Shown here: piece after piece, positions 18,133-29,170 of the stretch | Position numbering within the stretch: position 1 is the first letter of the stretch | How the letters are laid out: each line of letters starts with the position of its first letter | Assembly: GCA_963774955.1 (NCBI GenBank) | Contig: CAVZGV010000004.1 | Coordinates: 131,522-195,521 of the forward strand | Direction of reading: 5' to 3' | Length of the DNA stretch: 64,000 nt | DNA from: Candidatus Falkowbacteria bacterium | Lineage (GTDB): Bacteria > Patescibacteriota > Patescibacteriia > CAIXNZ01 | The notes under the pieces: model-generated | What the model saw: the letters and a program-made list of their open reading frames with translations, nothing else | Databases searched by the model: none | What the model was told of the DNA's origin: nothing | Position numbers and translations under genes: made by a program

Positions 18133-19179
18133 TTACTTATCATCTTCCGCTTCTTTCTGCTCAACCTTTTCAAATACTTCCTTTTTTATTGTCTTCAACA
18201 CTTTCTGATTATCTCTCAAAAATTGTTTGGCAGTTTCCCGACCGACTCCCAGCTTGATATCTCCGTCTTTTTTGTCAGGATAAACATAGGAATTGCCTGA
18301 TTTTTTAATTACACCAAGTTCTGTACCAGTGTCCAAAACATCGCCGGCAATGGAAATGCCTTCATTATACATGATATCAAATTCGCAAAAACGAAAGGGA
18401 GCCGCCACTTTGTTTTTCACAATCTTGGCTTTAACGCGATTACCGATAAACTTTTCGCCCTGTTTGATCTGAGCGGCTCGGCGCACTTCAATTCTGACTG
18501 AAGCATAAAATTTCAAAGCATTACCGCCTGTTGTAGTTTCCGGGTTACCGAAAAACACGCCGATTTTGTGTCTGATCTGATTAATAAAAATTAAAATAGT
18601 ATGGGATTTACTGATAATACCGGCCAGTTTTCTTAAAGCCTGGGACATTAAGCGAGCCTGAAGCGCCATGTGATGTTCACCCATTTCGCCTTCAATTTCA
18701 GCCTTTGGTGTTAAGGCCGCCACAGAGTCGACAACAATAACATCAACGCCGTTTGATCTGACTAAAGTTTCAACTATATCCAGAGCTTGTTCGCCCGTGT
18801 CAGGCTGGGAAATAAATAATTCATCAATATTCACGCCGATCTTTTGTGCATATTCAGGATCTAAAGCATGTTCCGCATCCACAAAAGCTGCAATCCCCCC
18901 CAATTTTTGAACTTCAGCCACAATATGCTGAGATAAAGTCGTCTTGCCGGAAGCTTCCGGACCAAAAATTTCAATTATCCTCCCCCTAGGTACACCCCCG
19001 ACCCCCAAGGCAATATCTAACGATAAGCATCCGGTAGATACTGCGTCAACTTGCATGGTCTTGGCCTCTCCCAATTTCATAATAGCACCGTCGCCAAATC
19101 TTTCTTTGATCTGTGAAATGGCGATTTCCGTTGCCTTGGTTTTTTCTTTGTCTTCCCCCTCATCTGTTCGTTTTACCAT
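18133..19179 (-). CDS. recA: Recombinase RecA
   Basis: [17 protein letters not shown] Walker A, the conserved blocks [15 protein letters not shown] and [21 protein letters not shown], and a C-terminal acidic tail. Confidence 0.95.
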   Translation of the reverse strand: MVKRTDEGEDKEKTKATEIAISQIKERFGDGAIMKLGEAKTMQVDAVSTGCLSLDIALGVGGVPRGRIIEIFGPEASGKTTLSQHIVAEVQKLGGIAAFVDAEHALDPEYAQKIGVNIDELFISQPDTGEQALDIVETLVRSNGVDVIVVDSVAALTPKAEIEGEMGEHHMALQARLMSQALRKLAGIISKSHTILIFINQIRHKIGVFFGNPETTTGGNALKFYASVRIEVRRAAQIKQGEKFIGNRVKAKIVKNKVAAPFRFCEFDIMYNEGISIAGDVLDTGTELGVIKKSGNSYVYPDKKDGDIKLGVGRETAKQFLRDNQKVLKTIKKEVFEKVEQKEAEDDK

Positions 19180-19284
19180 AATCGTTTTTGTTATTAGAAA
19201 TTAGTAATTAATCATTGAGCCGGGGAAAAACAGCTGACTGATTTCCAAAACCCAATTACCAATTATTAATTGCCAATAACCTAA

Positions 19285-19911
19285 TTATTGTACCAGTATC
19301 TCCCGATAAATAATCCTTTCTTTTGACCTTTTCTTTGCTGCTGATATTTTAATCAAATTCATGCCTTTTTGCAAATCCAAAGTCGCCTTGAATTCACCGT
19401 TAACGTCCAAAAATACTTCCTTTTCATTAATATACACCCGCGCTTCTTTTTCGGTTTTACCTGATATTTCAATGTAATTCTTGTCAGTAGCCAAATTATT
19501 TTCAGGGGAATATACAAATAATTGCGGGGGCTGAAAAATATTATTCAACTGCCAGCCCAAATAAACTACCAAAATTAATATAACCACGCCTATAATTGCA
19601 TTTCTTACGCGCTGAGGGGTTAAAATCACCTTTATAGGTTTAGCTTTTACAAGTGGCTCTGCCGAACCATTCTGCACCTGCGCTGAAGCATACAAACTTA
19701 ATAATTTATTATAATCCAATGATAAATAACGGCCATAAGTCTTAATGATGTTTTTAATATATATTTCATCCGGCAAGGTGCGGTAATCATCTTTTTCCAG
19801 GGCTTCAATCATCCGATAGCTGATCTTAATATCTTTTTCTACCTGAGCAATTTTAAGACCCTCTGCTTCTCGATAACGCTTAAAAACTTGTCCTAGAGTT
19901 TCGTCTTTCAT
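19285..19911 (-). CDS. RodZ-like HTH (XRE) membrane protein
   Basis: N-terminal HTH (LGQVFKRYREAEGLKIAQVEKDIKISYRMIEALE), a single TM segment and a C-terminal beta domain. Confidence 0.55.
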   Translation of the reverse strand: MKDETLGQVFKRYREAEGLKIAQVEKDIKISYRMIEALEKDDYRTLPDEIYIKNIIKTYGRYLSLDYNKLLSLYASAQVQNGSAEPLVKAKPIKVILTPQRVRNAIIGVVILILVVYLGWQLNNIFQPPQLFVYSPENNLATDKNYIEISGKTEKEARVYINEKEVFLDVNGEFKATLDLQKGMNLIKISAAKKRSKERIIYREILVQ

Positions 19912-19990
19912 AATATAGGGTAATTATTAACCACGAAAAGCACTAAATCCTTCTTTCGTGTGTTTTCGTGAACACCATTTCGTGGTTCCG

Positions 19991-22330
19991 TTATTCATTA
20001 TTTTTTTCTATGTCCTCAGCTTCTTCCTCTCTGTCAACTTCTTCTTCCTCAGCTTCAATTACCTCATCATCAGCTGAAACAACCCCACTCTCAAGCTGAC
20101 CATCTTCCTCATCTACTTCTTTTTCAGTAATTAAAATTTCTCGTGGCTTGGCTCCATCACCAGGGCCAACTATACCGGCTTCTTCCATCAAATCCATGAG
20201 TCGCGCAGCGCGAGCATAGCCGACTTTTAAACGTCTCTGCAAAAACGAAGTTGAAGCTTTACCGGCTTGGAGAACAACTTCTTTGGCCTCTTCAAAAAGT
20301 TCGTCGCCTTGATCTGGATCGGAAAAATCAATACTGCCGTCACCATTGGTTGATTTTTGTTTTTCCACCACGGCTTGTTCATATTCCGGCTTTTCACCGC
20401 TTTGTTTTAGATAATTTACTACTTTATTAATTTCAGCGTCGGATAAAAACGCACCCTGCAAACGTCTTGGTTTGGATAGTTCAGCACTGGTATAAAGCAT
20501 ATCGCCGCGACCGATTAATTTTTCTGCACCGCCATAATCCAAGATTGTGCGGGAATCTGTAATCGAAGATACGGCAAAAGCAATTCTGGCCGGGACATTA
20601 GCCTTGATTAAACCGGTAATAACTTCAACTGACGGTCTTTGCGTAGCTAAAATCAAATGAATACCGACGGCTCTGGCCATTTGCGCCAAGCGTATAATCA
20701 AACCTTCAACTTCATGTCCCATGGATGACATTAAATCAGCCATTTCATCAACCACAAAAACTATAAAAGGCATTTTTTCTTTGGCCACACCGTTAAAATC
20801 ATTAATATTGCGTTTGCCCATTTTTTCTAAAAATATGTAGCGTCTATCCATTTCTGCAATCAGCCACTTCAAAGAATTAACTGTTTTCTTCATATCAGTA
20901 ATTACCGGCGTCAATAAATGGGGAATATCATTATATAAAGGCATTTCTACTCGTTTAGGATCAATCAAAATCAGTTTAAGCATATCTGGTCCGTTTTGAT
21001 ACAACAGACTGACAATAACTGAATGCAGGGCCACTGATTTACCGGAACCGGTTTGACCGGCAACCAATAAATGCGGCATTTTATGCAAATCGCCAATCCA
21101 GGTATTGCCGGCAACATCGCGTCCGATAGGAATAGTCAAAGGTGATTTTCGATGCTTAAATTCCGGTGAATCCAGAAGTTCACGCAAATGAACAATGGCC
21201 ACCGACTGATTCGGAACTTCAATACCGACTAAAGACTTGCCGGGAATCGGCGCTTCAATTCTCAAAGGATGGGCAGCCAAAGCCAAAGCCAAATCATCAT
21301 GCAAAGCTGTAATGCGAGAAAGTTTAATACCTTCAGCCGGCTTCAAAGTATATTGAGTTACGGTCGGACCTACAGCGATATCTCCCATTTCCACGGGAAT
21401 ACCGAAACTTTCTAAAGTTTTTTGAATGATTAATTTATTCTGCGCTATATTACCGGCAGAAGGTTTACCGATCTTGCTTTCTAACAAATCTAAAGGCAAA
21501 TCAATCTTACGATAAATACGTTTAGTTTTTGGCTCGTCTAATTTTATTTCTTCTTGAGCTGGTTTACTTGATTCTTTACTGTCAATCTTTTTCGCCGCGA
21601 AATTAACTTCCTTTGCTTCCCCTTGTTCAGGCCCTTCTGCTCCCTCTTTTTCGTTTTCACCTTCTTTCTCCTCAACAAATTCTTCCTCCTCATCTTCCGG
21701 CCGTTTAGCCAGTTTTAATTTCCAATTATAATACCAAATCTGAAGATGCTGAAGGATTCTGCCTAAAATAGTCCTTGATTCTTTTAAATCCTCAATCGAG
21801 GTATTTAAAATTAACAACATAGAAACAATAAATATTGAAGCAACAGCAATAAAGCTAGCCCATAACCCCATAATATTTTTAATATTCGAGCTTAGAAACC
21901 AACCGATAAAACCGCCGCCGTTGCCCAGTTCCATACTCATTTCTGCCTGATCCACTGGAATTGGTAAATGAAACAACGTCGTTAGGCTTAGAATAAATAA
22001 GAACAAACCGACATAACTTATGGTTTTAATATGATATTTTTTATTGAGCAGGGCATAGCCCCAAACTAATAAAATCACCGGAAAAATATATTTTGCCCAA
22101 CCCAAAAATAAAGATAAGATTCTGTCTATTTCTATTCCGACCTGGCCAGCCATATTAAAAAGACCCAGTAAACTGATAAACGCAAAAGCAAATAAAAAGA
22201 CAATCAAAATCCAACGCTTAGTTTCCGGATGAATATCCAGCTGTTTTAAACCTAATCGTTGCTGTCTTTTGCCGCTTCGAACCTGATTATTTTTGTAATT
22301 TTTGGCCATATTTTTTTTAAAATTAAACAA
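19991..22330 (-). CDS. ftsK: DNA translocase FtsK/SpoIIIE
   Basis: N-terminal TM helices, a long acidic linker, and a C-terminal motor with Walker A (VAGQTGSGKS) and a winged-helix gamma domain. Confidence 0.9.
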   Translation of the reverse strand: MFNFKKNMAKNYKNNQVRSGKRQQRLGLKQLDIHPETKRWILIVFLFAFAFISLLGLFNMAGQVGIEIDRILSLFLGWAKYIFPVILLVWGYALLNKKYHIKTISYVGLFLFILSLTTLFHLPIPVDQAEMSMELGNGGGFIGWFLSSNIKNIMGLWASFIAVASIFIVSMLLILNTSIEDLKESRTILGRILQHLQIWYYNWKLKLAKRPEDEEEEFVEEKEGENEKEGAEGPEQGEAKEVNFAAKKIDSKESSKPAQEEIKLDEPKTKRIYRKIDLPLDLLESKIGKPSAGNIAQNKLIIQKTLESFGIPVEMGDIAVGPTVTQYTLKPAEGIKLSRITALHDDLALALAAHPLRIEAPIPGKSLVGIEVPNQSVAIVHLRELLDSPEFKHRKSPLTIPIGRDVAGNTWIGDLHKMPHLLVAGQTGSGKSVALHSVIVSLLYQNGPDMLKLILIDPKRVEMPLYNDIPHLLTPVITDMKKTVNSLKWLIAEMDRRYIFLEKMGKRNINDFNGVAKEKMPFIVFVVDEMADLMSSMGHEVEGLIIRLAQMARAVGIHLILATQRPSVEVITGLIKANVPARIAFAVSSITDSRTILDYGGAEKLIGRGDMLYTSAELSKPRRLQGAFLSDAEINKVVNYLKQSGEKPEYEQAVVEKQKSTNGDGSIDFSDPDQGDELFEEAKEVVLQAGKASTSFLQRRLKVGYARAARLMDLMEEAGIVGPGDGAKPREILITEKEVDEEDGQLESGVVSADDEVIEAEEEEVDREEEAEDIEKNNE

Positions 22331-22860
22331 GTAGCTATAAGCAAATCACTAATAGCTAAATCATATTTACTAGCTTAATTTTACCATAAATTTACCTGAT
22401 CGCAAAATAAACCTTCATTATGGGAATTAAGGTTTTATCTGGATAAAGGTGAAGAAAAGCTCAGCGCCATCCTGATCTGAAGGCTTGGTGAGTAACGAAA
22501 TTCACTTAATAACGTCATAATAAATATAGCTAACTGCCAAATATGACTCCACTTGACATTAATCACTAATTATGGTAGAATATAATATTAGCTTAAATAT
22601 AATTCGTTTTATGAACAAACAATTACAACACATTGCCAACTGGAAAGCCAATATGGTTCCGACCTATTCTGGCTTTGCTTCAATTTGTCTATCCGTGGCA
22701 GTGTTTAAATTGTTTTCTCCCACTCCTTAATTATACTCATTACTTAATACCACCTCCTCAATTTAACCCCTCCCTCGGCTAGACAGTCGAGGATTTTTTG
22801 TGCCTTGATCAAGTCTAGCCCTTTAACAATTAACTGCCTGAGGGCAAGAAGGGAGATGGT

Positions 22861-24060
22861 ATGAACCAAAAACTAGCGGAGAGGAACCTAAAGTTGTTTT
22901 ATCTGTTTGAAGCGTTTCGGGAGCCCCTGTTTTGGGGAGCGATTTTGATTACTTACATCATGAAAGTTTCAGGCATGAGTCTGGCTGATATCTTTTTTAT
23001 GGAGTCAGTCTGCGTCTTTGTCATGATCTTTTTGGAAATTCCCAGCGGCGCCTTGGCAGATATCTTAGGTCGTAAAAAAACCATTATCTGGGGGATGTTT
23101 TGCGAGCTTGGCTGTCTGATCTTATTTGCCCTGGCTAATAGCCCCTGGGATATTTGGATCGCCAATATCATCTGCTTTGCCGGCGTAGCCTTGATTCATG
23201 GCGCGGACACGTCTCTTTTGTATGACACTTTGAAATTTTTGGGCCGGGAAACTCAAGATTTTAAAGTGATCAAAGGCCAGGCTGCTTCAGGGCTCTTGAT
23301 AATTTGCGCGCTCAGCAATCTGGCTACCGGCTATCTGGCAGAAGTAAACTTAAGACTGCCTATGTATCTGGCCATTGGCTTTTTCCTCATCAGCTTGGTT
23401 ACCGGCTTTTTCTTCACTGAACCACCATTATCCCAAACGGAAAAATTCAATTTGAAAAGACATTGGGATCTGATGAAGCTAAGCGTGCTCTTTGTCGCCA
23501 ACCACAAAAAAGTTAAATGGCTCATTGCCTTTACCATTTTAATAGGCACGGCTTCAAAAATTTGGTTTTTTACCTACAATCCCTATTTTGAGCTGGTGAA
23601 TTTACCGCTGCGCTATTTCGGCTGGATCTTTTTCTTCATGGGTGTCATTGCCGCAGCCTCGAGCTTCTGGGCTAACTGGTTGTCCAAAAAACTCGGCGAT
23701 TTAGGCAGTATTATCGCGATTATCGGCCTAATCGGCTTGCCGATATTAGCCATGGGCAGCTACGTAGCCACAGGCATGGTCTTGCTGGTTTTAATCCAAA
23801 ATGTCGTGCGCGGTTATCTGGTGCCGTTTACTGATCATCTTTTGCACGATTATCTGAATTCTCAAAATCGGGCCACAGTCTTTTCCATCCAGTCGACAGT
23901 ACGCGGTATCAGTGATGCCATTTTCCTTTTTGGCTTTGCTGCCTTGCTCAAAATTGTAAGCTTACCTCTTGGCTTACAAATTCTGGGAGCAACAACCCTG
24001 ACGATCGGCATTCTGCTGATCGCCAAGTATCAACGCATCTTTGCCCAACAAAACAGTTAA
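22861..24060 (+). CDS. MFS transporter
   Basis: 12 predicted TM segments and a GRKKTIIWG loop motif. A terminator cctcggctagacagtcgagg plus T-run lies at ~22770-22800, just upstream. Confidence 0.7.
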   Translation: MNQKLAERNLKLFYLFEAFREPLFWGAILITYIMKVSGMSLADIFFMESVCVFVMIFLEIPSGALADILGRKKTIIWGMFCELGCLILFALANSPWDIWIANIICFAGVALIHGADTSLLYDTLKFLGRETQDFKVIKGQAASGLLIICALSNLATGYLAEVNLRLPMYLAIGFFLISLVTGFFFTEPPLSQTEKFNLKRHWDLMKLSVLFVANHKKVKWLIAFTILIGTASKIWFFTYNPYFELVNLPLRYFGWIFFFMGVIAAASSFWANWLSKKLGDLGSIIAIIGLIGLPILAMGSYVATGMVLLVLIQNVVRGYLVPFTDHLLHDYLNSQNRATVFSIQSTVRGISDAIFLFGFAALLKIVSLPLGLQILGATTLTIGILLIAKYQRIFAQQNS

Positions 24061-24195
24061 CCTTCAAAAGCCCCCCGCTACGCGGAGGGGCTTTTATATC
24101 TTTACAAGTATTATTAATTACTATATAATAAGTTGAGCACATTCAAATTCAGATCAGTAAACATTATTTTACTTTAATATGGAGGATAAAAAATC

Positions 24196-24480
24196 ATGGT
24201 TCAGCTTGCCGTAAAAATCAGGTTTTTGCTTTGTGAGCCTAGTGACAAAAAAAGACCTCAGGGTCAAAATATTTTTTACTTTGAGGGTAAAGCCTATGTA
24301 GTGCACTCAATTCATCGGGACATAGAAGAAGCCAAGGAATTTAGCCGGCTTTTTACCGTGGAATTTCTTATCGCTAAAATTTCATTTCCCGAAACTGAAA
24401 AACTTAACAACTCCAGTCCCTATGAATTCTTAAATTGGGAAAGCCCTGCCTGGCAAAACCCCAACACGCCCCGGTTATAA
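24196..24480 (+). CDS. Hypothetical protein
   Basis: Promoter TTACAA-16-TATAAT at ~24100-24130 and RBS GGAGGA. Confidence 0.35.
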   Translation: MVQLAVKIRFLLCEPSDKKRPQGQNIFYFEGKAYVVHSIHRDIEEAKEFSRLFTVEFLIAKISFPETEKLNNSSPYEFLNWESPAWQNPNTPRL

Positions 24481-24591
24481 GCTGGGGTTTTCTTTTTGAC
24501 AAATAAAAAACCGGGGTTTATAATCAACCCAGTACTTAAAATCTTATCACAATCAAATTACGCTTCCTAAGTTAGTAAAGGAGGTTTTAAA

Positions 24592-25065
24592 ATGCCTGAC
24601 AGATGTACTCATTTGAAAGAGTTTAATCCGGCGCAAATAGCCATTATCCGTCGTCATATTGACGAACATAAATGGTTTGCGCAAATCGCCGATGAAGAGG
24701 ATGGAAAGTCAGACTTTATCGAAAAATTTGGCTGGGCCATGCGTGAAGTTTTCTGTTTCTATCTTTGTTCCGAACGTGCTGGCTGCATTACTGCTTATCG
24801 AATTTTTAATCGCTGGCCCGACCAAACTCCTGTTAATAAGGATATCCTAGAGATAGCCTTGGAGGAAATCAGCAGGAGACACCTTGATGAACACAAATGG
24901 TTCCATCATATTACCGATCCTGAAGTGGCCATCAACGACTTTATAGCTAAGTTCGGCTGGATCGTGCAGGAACTCATCTGCGGCTTTTTCTGCGAACAGC
25001 GTTACGAATGTCCGGCAGCCAAAAGTTTTCAGGAGGAAAACAAAAACCTCGAACCTGAGACCTAA
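24592..25065 (+). CDS. Hypothetical protein made of two tandem ~55-aa repeats
   Basis: RRHIDEHKWFAQIADEEDGKSDFIEKFGWAMREVFCFYLCSERAGC aligns with RRHLDEHKWFHHITDPEVAINDFIAKFGWIVQELICGFFCEQRYEC. RBS AAAGGAGG. A terminator follows at 25066-25095. Confidence 0.45.
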   Translation: MPDRCTHLKEFNPAQIAIIRRHIDEHKWFAQIADEEDGKSDFIEKFGWAMREVFCFYLCSERAGCITAYRIFNRWPDQTPVNKDILEIALEEISRRHLDEHKWFHHITDPEVAINDFIAKFGWIVQELICGFFCEQRYECPAAKSFQEENKNLEPET

Positions 25066-25119
25066 AACCTGCACCATCTGGTGCAGGTTTTTAAATTTAA
25101 AAAGAGGCCGGAGGCCTCT

Positions 25120-25368
25120 TTAATTATGTCTGTGTCGCCTGTTCCTGTGACGTCCGCGGCCGCGACGCTGTCGGTTTGGACGGTTATTTGGGGGAGCAAT
25201 GCTGGACTTCAACCCCTTAAACATACCCTTGAATAAATCCAAGACCATCTTGGTGATTTCAGCGCCGATTTTGCCGAACAGTTTTTTGTCTGATAAAAGA
25301 TGAAGCAGATAAACCAAGACGATAATTCCAAACATCAAGGCAACCAGACGATCACTAATAGCTTCCAT
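25120..25368 (-). CDS. Small membrane protein with an Arg-rich C-terminal tail
   Basis: 82 aa, one TM segment, and a ...PNRQRRGRGRHRNRRHRHN tail. Confidence 0.35.
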   Translation of the reverse strand: MEAISDRLVALMFGIIVLVYLLHLLSDKKLFGKIGAEITKMVLDLFKGMFKGLKSSIAPPNNRPNRQRRGRGRHRNRRHRHN

Positions 25369-25473
25369 GCATTTCCTCCTTATAAACTGAATACTTTAGC
25401 CTATAATATATTTTGTAATTTGTCAAGATAAAAAACAGGATGACAAAATTATCATCCTGCAATATTTTTATAA

Positions 25474-25731
25474 TTAATCCCTGAATTTCAGGGGATTTAA
25501 GATTCTTTGCACATCATCCATATCGGCAACGAAGAGCAGGTTACCATAGTTGCTGACAGAGTTGCGCCGCAGCTCGGCCTTATCGACTGGCAAGCCGTCC
25601 AAAGCCATTCCGTAAATGGTCTCTTCCACGAAGCGACCATTTAACTTGGTGTAAATCGGCAGATCGCCTTCGCCATCGGCAAGGCTCATCAGCACAAACT
25701 GATCGCCGGGCTTAAGATCCTTGAATTTCAT
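25474..25731 (-). CDS. Hypothetical protein
   Basis: 85-aa ORF. Confidence 0.35.
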   Translation of the reverse strand: MKFKDLKPGDQFVLMSLADGEGDLPIYTKLNGRFVEETIYGMALDGLPVDKAELRRNSVSNYGNLLFVADMDDVQRILNPLKFRD

Positions 25732-25800
25732 TTAGCCTCCTTTCGCTAAGCAGCAGTTTTCGCCCAAGCATCAAAACGTAAACGCTGGCGCTTTTGAAAT

Positions 25801-26397
25801 TCATTCAGACGAAAAAAGTTTTTCGTGATACTGCTGGACAACTGATTGAAGCTGGGTGTGAAACCGAATTACTTTTTCCAAATCTTCGTAAATCGGTAGA
25901 AATAAAAATTTTTTAAAGGCTTTACCGATTAGCTCATCAGTGATTTTTTCTTCCTGGCCGCTGGCTTCCAGCTGACGCAACTCACTATGAGCCAAGATGA
26001 TATCTTCACAATCTGCCACAGCTTCCCGCAACAGATTGAGCCGATCCTCGGCAATTTTACCGATATAGCAATCCGGCTGGAAGGCAAGAGGGGAAACTGT
26101 CAGGGTTCGCTCAACTACGGCAATAAATCTGCACCGATTACAATAAGTCAGGGAGACCCATGGTTCAATGCGGGTCTTGAGCTGCTTTTGATTGTGCAAT
26201 GGCACAATTTGCGCGATTTCGCCTCTCAAGTCAACGATGCAAACGAGAACCGCGTCTTCTTTTTTTCGTTCCGGATAAACAAACCAAACCTGACCCGTTT
26301 GAATTTTTTCGATGTTTTTGATTTTCTTCTCCTTGGTTAGGGTTAAATAACCATTTTCGCCCAAACACTTTGCTTCGGCGACTTTCAAAACAGACAA
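25801..26397 (-). CDS. Hypothetical protein
   Basis: 198-aa ORF directly adjacent to the first cassette-array repeat. Confidence 0.4.
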   Translation of the reverse strand: MSVLKVAEAKCLGENGYLTLTKEKKIKNIEKIQTGQVWFVYPERKKEDAVLVCIVDLRGEIAQIVPLHNQKQLKTRIEPWVSLTYCNRCRFIAVVERTLTVSPLAFQPDCYIGKIAEDRLNLLREAVADCEDIILAHSELRQLEASGQEEKITDELIGKAFKKFLFLPIYEDLEKVIRFHTQLQSVVQQYHEKLFSSE

Positions 26398-26467
26398 ATT
26401 TATTATCTACTTTGAAAAAATGGAGGGCGTTTTTGGTTCTGAATCCAAAACATCCCTCCGTTGATTT

Positions 26468-26818
26468 TTATATTTCATAGAAACAAACTTCTTCTACTAT
26501 TTTTAGAAAATCTCCCAGGTCTACACATTCAGGATGAAACGTTAAGTCAATTTTCCTCGGAGATTTACCCATTATATCATATAGACTCCGACTATGATTT
26601 AAGGTTTCCATGATAAACTCTCTGTTTCGAGTAAACAAAATACCTTTTTCTTCGATTTTCTTTTGATCATCTTTCGTGAGTACATCACAAAACAGCCAGA
26701 GTATAACATCTTTTGGTAAGTGAACCATACAACTGCATGACTGTGTTGTCCCAAACTTATCAACGACACCATAACCACCAGCACACAAAACCATCCTTAT
26801 AACCTCTGATTTTTTCAT
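26468..26818 (-). CDS. Cassette ORF 1, hypothetical
   Basis: 116 aa, followed by repeat R1. Confidence 0.45.
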   Translation of the reverse strand: MKKSEVIRMVLCAGGYGVVDKFGTTQSCSCMVHLPKDVILWLFCDVLTKDDQKKIEEKGILFTRNREFIMETLNHSRSLYDIMGKSPRKIDLTFHPECVDLGDFLKIVEEVCFYEI

Positions 26819-26945
26819 CTTTTTCTCCTTTTTTGTTTTGGGGGAAGTTCAAACTCGTTTTTGAAGGCGACCAAGGTTCAGCCTCCAATTTGGAGACCGA
26901 ACCTTTAGTAATAAATTCCGAGTTTTGAAAGAAGTGATAGCTTGG

Positions 26946-27359
26946 CTATCCTTGTGTTTGCTGTTTTTTGGCTCTGAAGGCCTTTATTTTTTCTGCCAGT
27001 TCAATGATGTTATCAGGACTGATTATAAAAACCGGGGTTGGATATCCGCAGTAATCTTCATCGTAGTAAAAAGGACCTTGTATGCCTGCCGCTTCCAGCT
27101 CCTCAATTTCCGCGTCTATCTTTTCTTTGGCCATAACTTCAGCTAAACGCTCCGGGGATAAAACTTCTAACCAGTGATATTCATCATTCCAGGTATCCTT
27201 ATACTTTGGATCATCATTTTGTTTTTTAAAATCTCCAACTGAGATGCGATATTTAAATGAAAATCCGTCATGAGAGCTTATGGTGTGCAATAACTGTTGT
27301 TCGTCGGGCAGATTCGCCAAGGCCTTTTTTGAATCATCGTCATTTTTAATACTAATCAT
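26946..27359 (-). CDS. Cassette ORF 2, hypothetical (paralog of 28405-28824)
   Basis: It shares the block WLEVLSPERLAEV...II/LELAEKIKAFRA with ORF 4. Confidence 0.5.
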   Translation of the reverse strand: MISIKNDDDSKKALANLPDEQQLLHTISSHDGFSFKYRISVGDFKKQNDDPKYKDTWNDEYHWLEVLSPERLAEVMAKEKIDAEIEELEAAGIQGPFYYDEDYCGYPTPVFIISPDNIIELAEKIKAFRAKKQQTQG

Positions 27360-27497
27360 ATTTTCAATCTAGAACCTCCTTGACTTGAAATTTAATGAAC
27401 TTTTCGCCGAAGCCCTGGGCTTCGGCGACTTTCAAAACCTAGAAAATAATTCCAAGCTTTGAAAAAAGCGGGCCAGGGGTGACCCGCGAGTTTTGCC

Positions 27498-28211
27498 CTA
27501 GGATTGATCTTCTTCGAGCAGATATGGCTCAATCTCAGAATCTTCAAGAAGAAAGAAGAATCTGTCCTGGTATCTTATGATAAAGTCTTCAATCCAATTC
27601 CTTATTGAATTGAAATTGATCAGAGCTCCGGGGCGTTTTCGAAGCTCTGCATCAAAGCTTGCCCAGACTTTTGTTATTTCCATTGAGGCTAAATTGCTGG
27701 GAACGGCCTGCAAAAATTCCAGACCAATCAACTGAAACTCCCAGATAGCCCTGGCCTCAAGAAGATTATGAACACAACTAAGATCTTCATAACGGTCTTC
27801 AATACAATGTTCTTCAAGATGGCCTGGGATAAACATCAAGATAAAACTCAAGAAGTCTTTATCCAAGATCTTAAAGAACCTGGTCATGTCATCTTTGTAC
27901 TTATCAGACAATGACTCCATGTTCCAGAGTGCCTTGTGCGCAACTTCCTTAAATTGTTCGCGGTTAATTCTGGAAAGCAAGAACTCCAGATTTAAATCCA
28001 TCACAATCCATTCTCCCAGGAAATAAAGAGCATCACTAACTGCCTGGAGCAACTTAAAGGATTCATCGGCCAGGCCTTCGCTTTTGCAAGGAGCGAACAA
28101 ATTACGTAACTGGGGCAGATTGTTTTCGATGGTTTGACAATCTCTTTCAAAAAAATTAATGCTTTTGTTGAGGTAGGATACGAAGTATTCCAAAGTGACG
28201 TTGTTTTTCAT
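27498..28211 (-). CDS. Cassette ORF 3, hypothetical
   Basis: 237 aa. Confidence 0.45.
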   Translation of the reverse strand: MKNNVTLEYFVSYLNKSINFFERDCQTIENNLPQLRNLFAPCKSEGLADESFKLLQAVSDALYFLGEWIVMDLNLEFLLSRINREQFKEVAHKALWNMESLSDKYKDDMTRFFKILDKDFLSFILMFIPGHLEEHCIEDRYEDLSCVHNLLEARAIWEFQLIGLEFLQAVPSNLASMEITKVWASFDAELRKRPGALINFNSIRNWIEDFIIRYQDRFFFLLEDSEIEPYLLEEDQS

Positions 28212-28404
28212 TAGTATGATCCTTTTGCCTAAAAAGGCTGGCTGGAAACTCTCTTAAAAAGAGATTCTGAAAAGACCGTACAAATTGGTCAAAACTTTTT
28301 CATTTTGTTTATATTAAAAAGAACTTTTTCGCCCAAGCGCTTTGCTTCGGCGACTTTCAAAACCGAGAAAATGATTCCAGGTTTTGAAAGAAAGGATAGC
28401 CAGG

Positions 28405-28824
28405 CTATCCTTGTTTTTTTACTTTTTCGGCTCTGAAGGCCTTAATTTTTTCCGCAAGCTCAAGAATCCCATCGGGACTGATTAAGAAATAGTGTTCAGG
28501 ATAATGATGATCCTCAAAATAAAATGGCCCCTTAATTCCTGACTCGGCCAAATCCTTAATTTCAGCGTCAATATTTTCCTGAGCGATTACTTCTGCTAGT
28601 CGTTCGGGAGATAAAACTTCTAACCATTGGTAGTCGTCAAAGAAACATTCGGCAAACCTGGGATCTTTCATTTCCTCTTTAAGCTGTTTAACAGTCAGCC
28701 TGCGTTCGCTTGAAAATCCGCAGTGGCTTGTTGATTCATTTAGCAATTGCTGTTCGTCATCCAATTTGACGATTATGCGCCTAAGTTGCCTGGGACTATG
28801 TAAACTATAAGAACCATATTTCAT
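28405..28824 (-). CDS. Cassette ORF 4, hypothetical (paralog of ORF 2)
   Basis: 139 aa. Its stop codon lies inside hairpin ggatagccaggctatcc. Confidence 0.5.
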   Translation of the reverse strand: MKYGSYSLHSPRQLRRIIVKLDDEQQLLNESTSHCGFSSERRLTVKQLKEEMKDPRFAECFFDDYQWLEVLSPERLAEVIAQENIDAEIKDLAESGIKGPFYFEDHHYPEHYFLISPDGILELAEKIKAFRAEKVKKQG

Positions 28825-29170
28825 CAGATCCTCCTTATATGTTTTTAAAAATGAGAGTTTGCAGCGAATTTTTGGAATGCAACTTCACTCCAGCCCCGAG
28901 AGGCCTTCATAGCTCCATTTTATCCAAAAAAGACTAATCTGCTTACATAGTACTCTTGGACTACGCCCGTATTTCGGGTAGGGATCGATCAGTCAATTCG
29001 CTGCTTAATTATCCCGCAGTTTCCCGCAAGATAATGACACACGAAAATTGACCTTACGAGGTCCCTATCAGCCCCGTAACTTTTATAACACCAGTTGTCT
29101 GATGTTACTTTCAAAACCAAGAAATAATTCCGGGCTTTGAAAGAAGGGCAGTTGCCCTTTTATGATGTGC

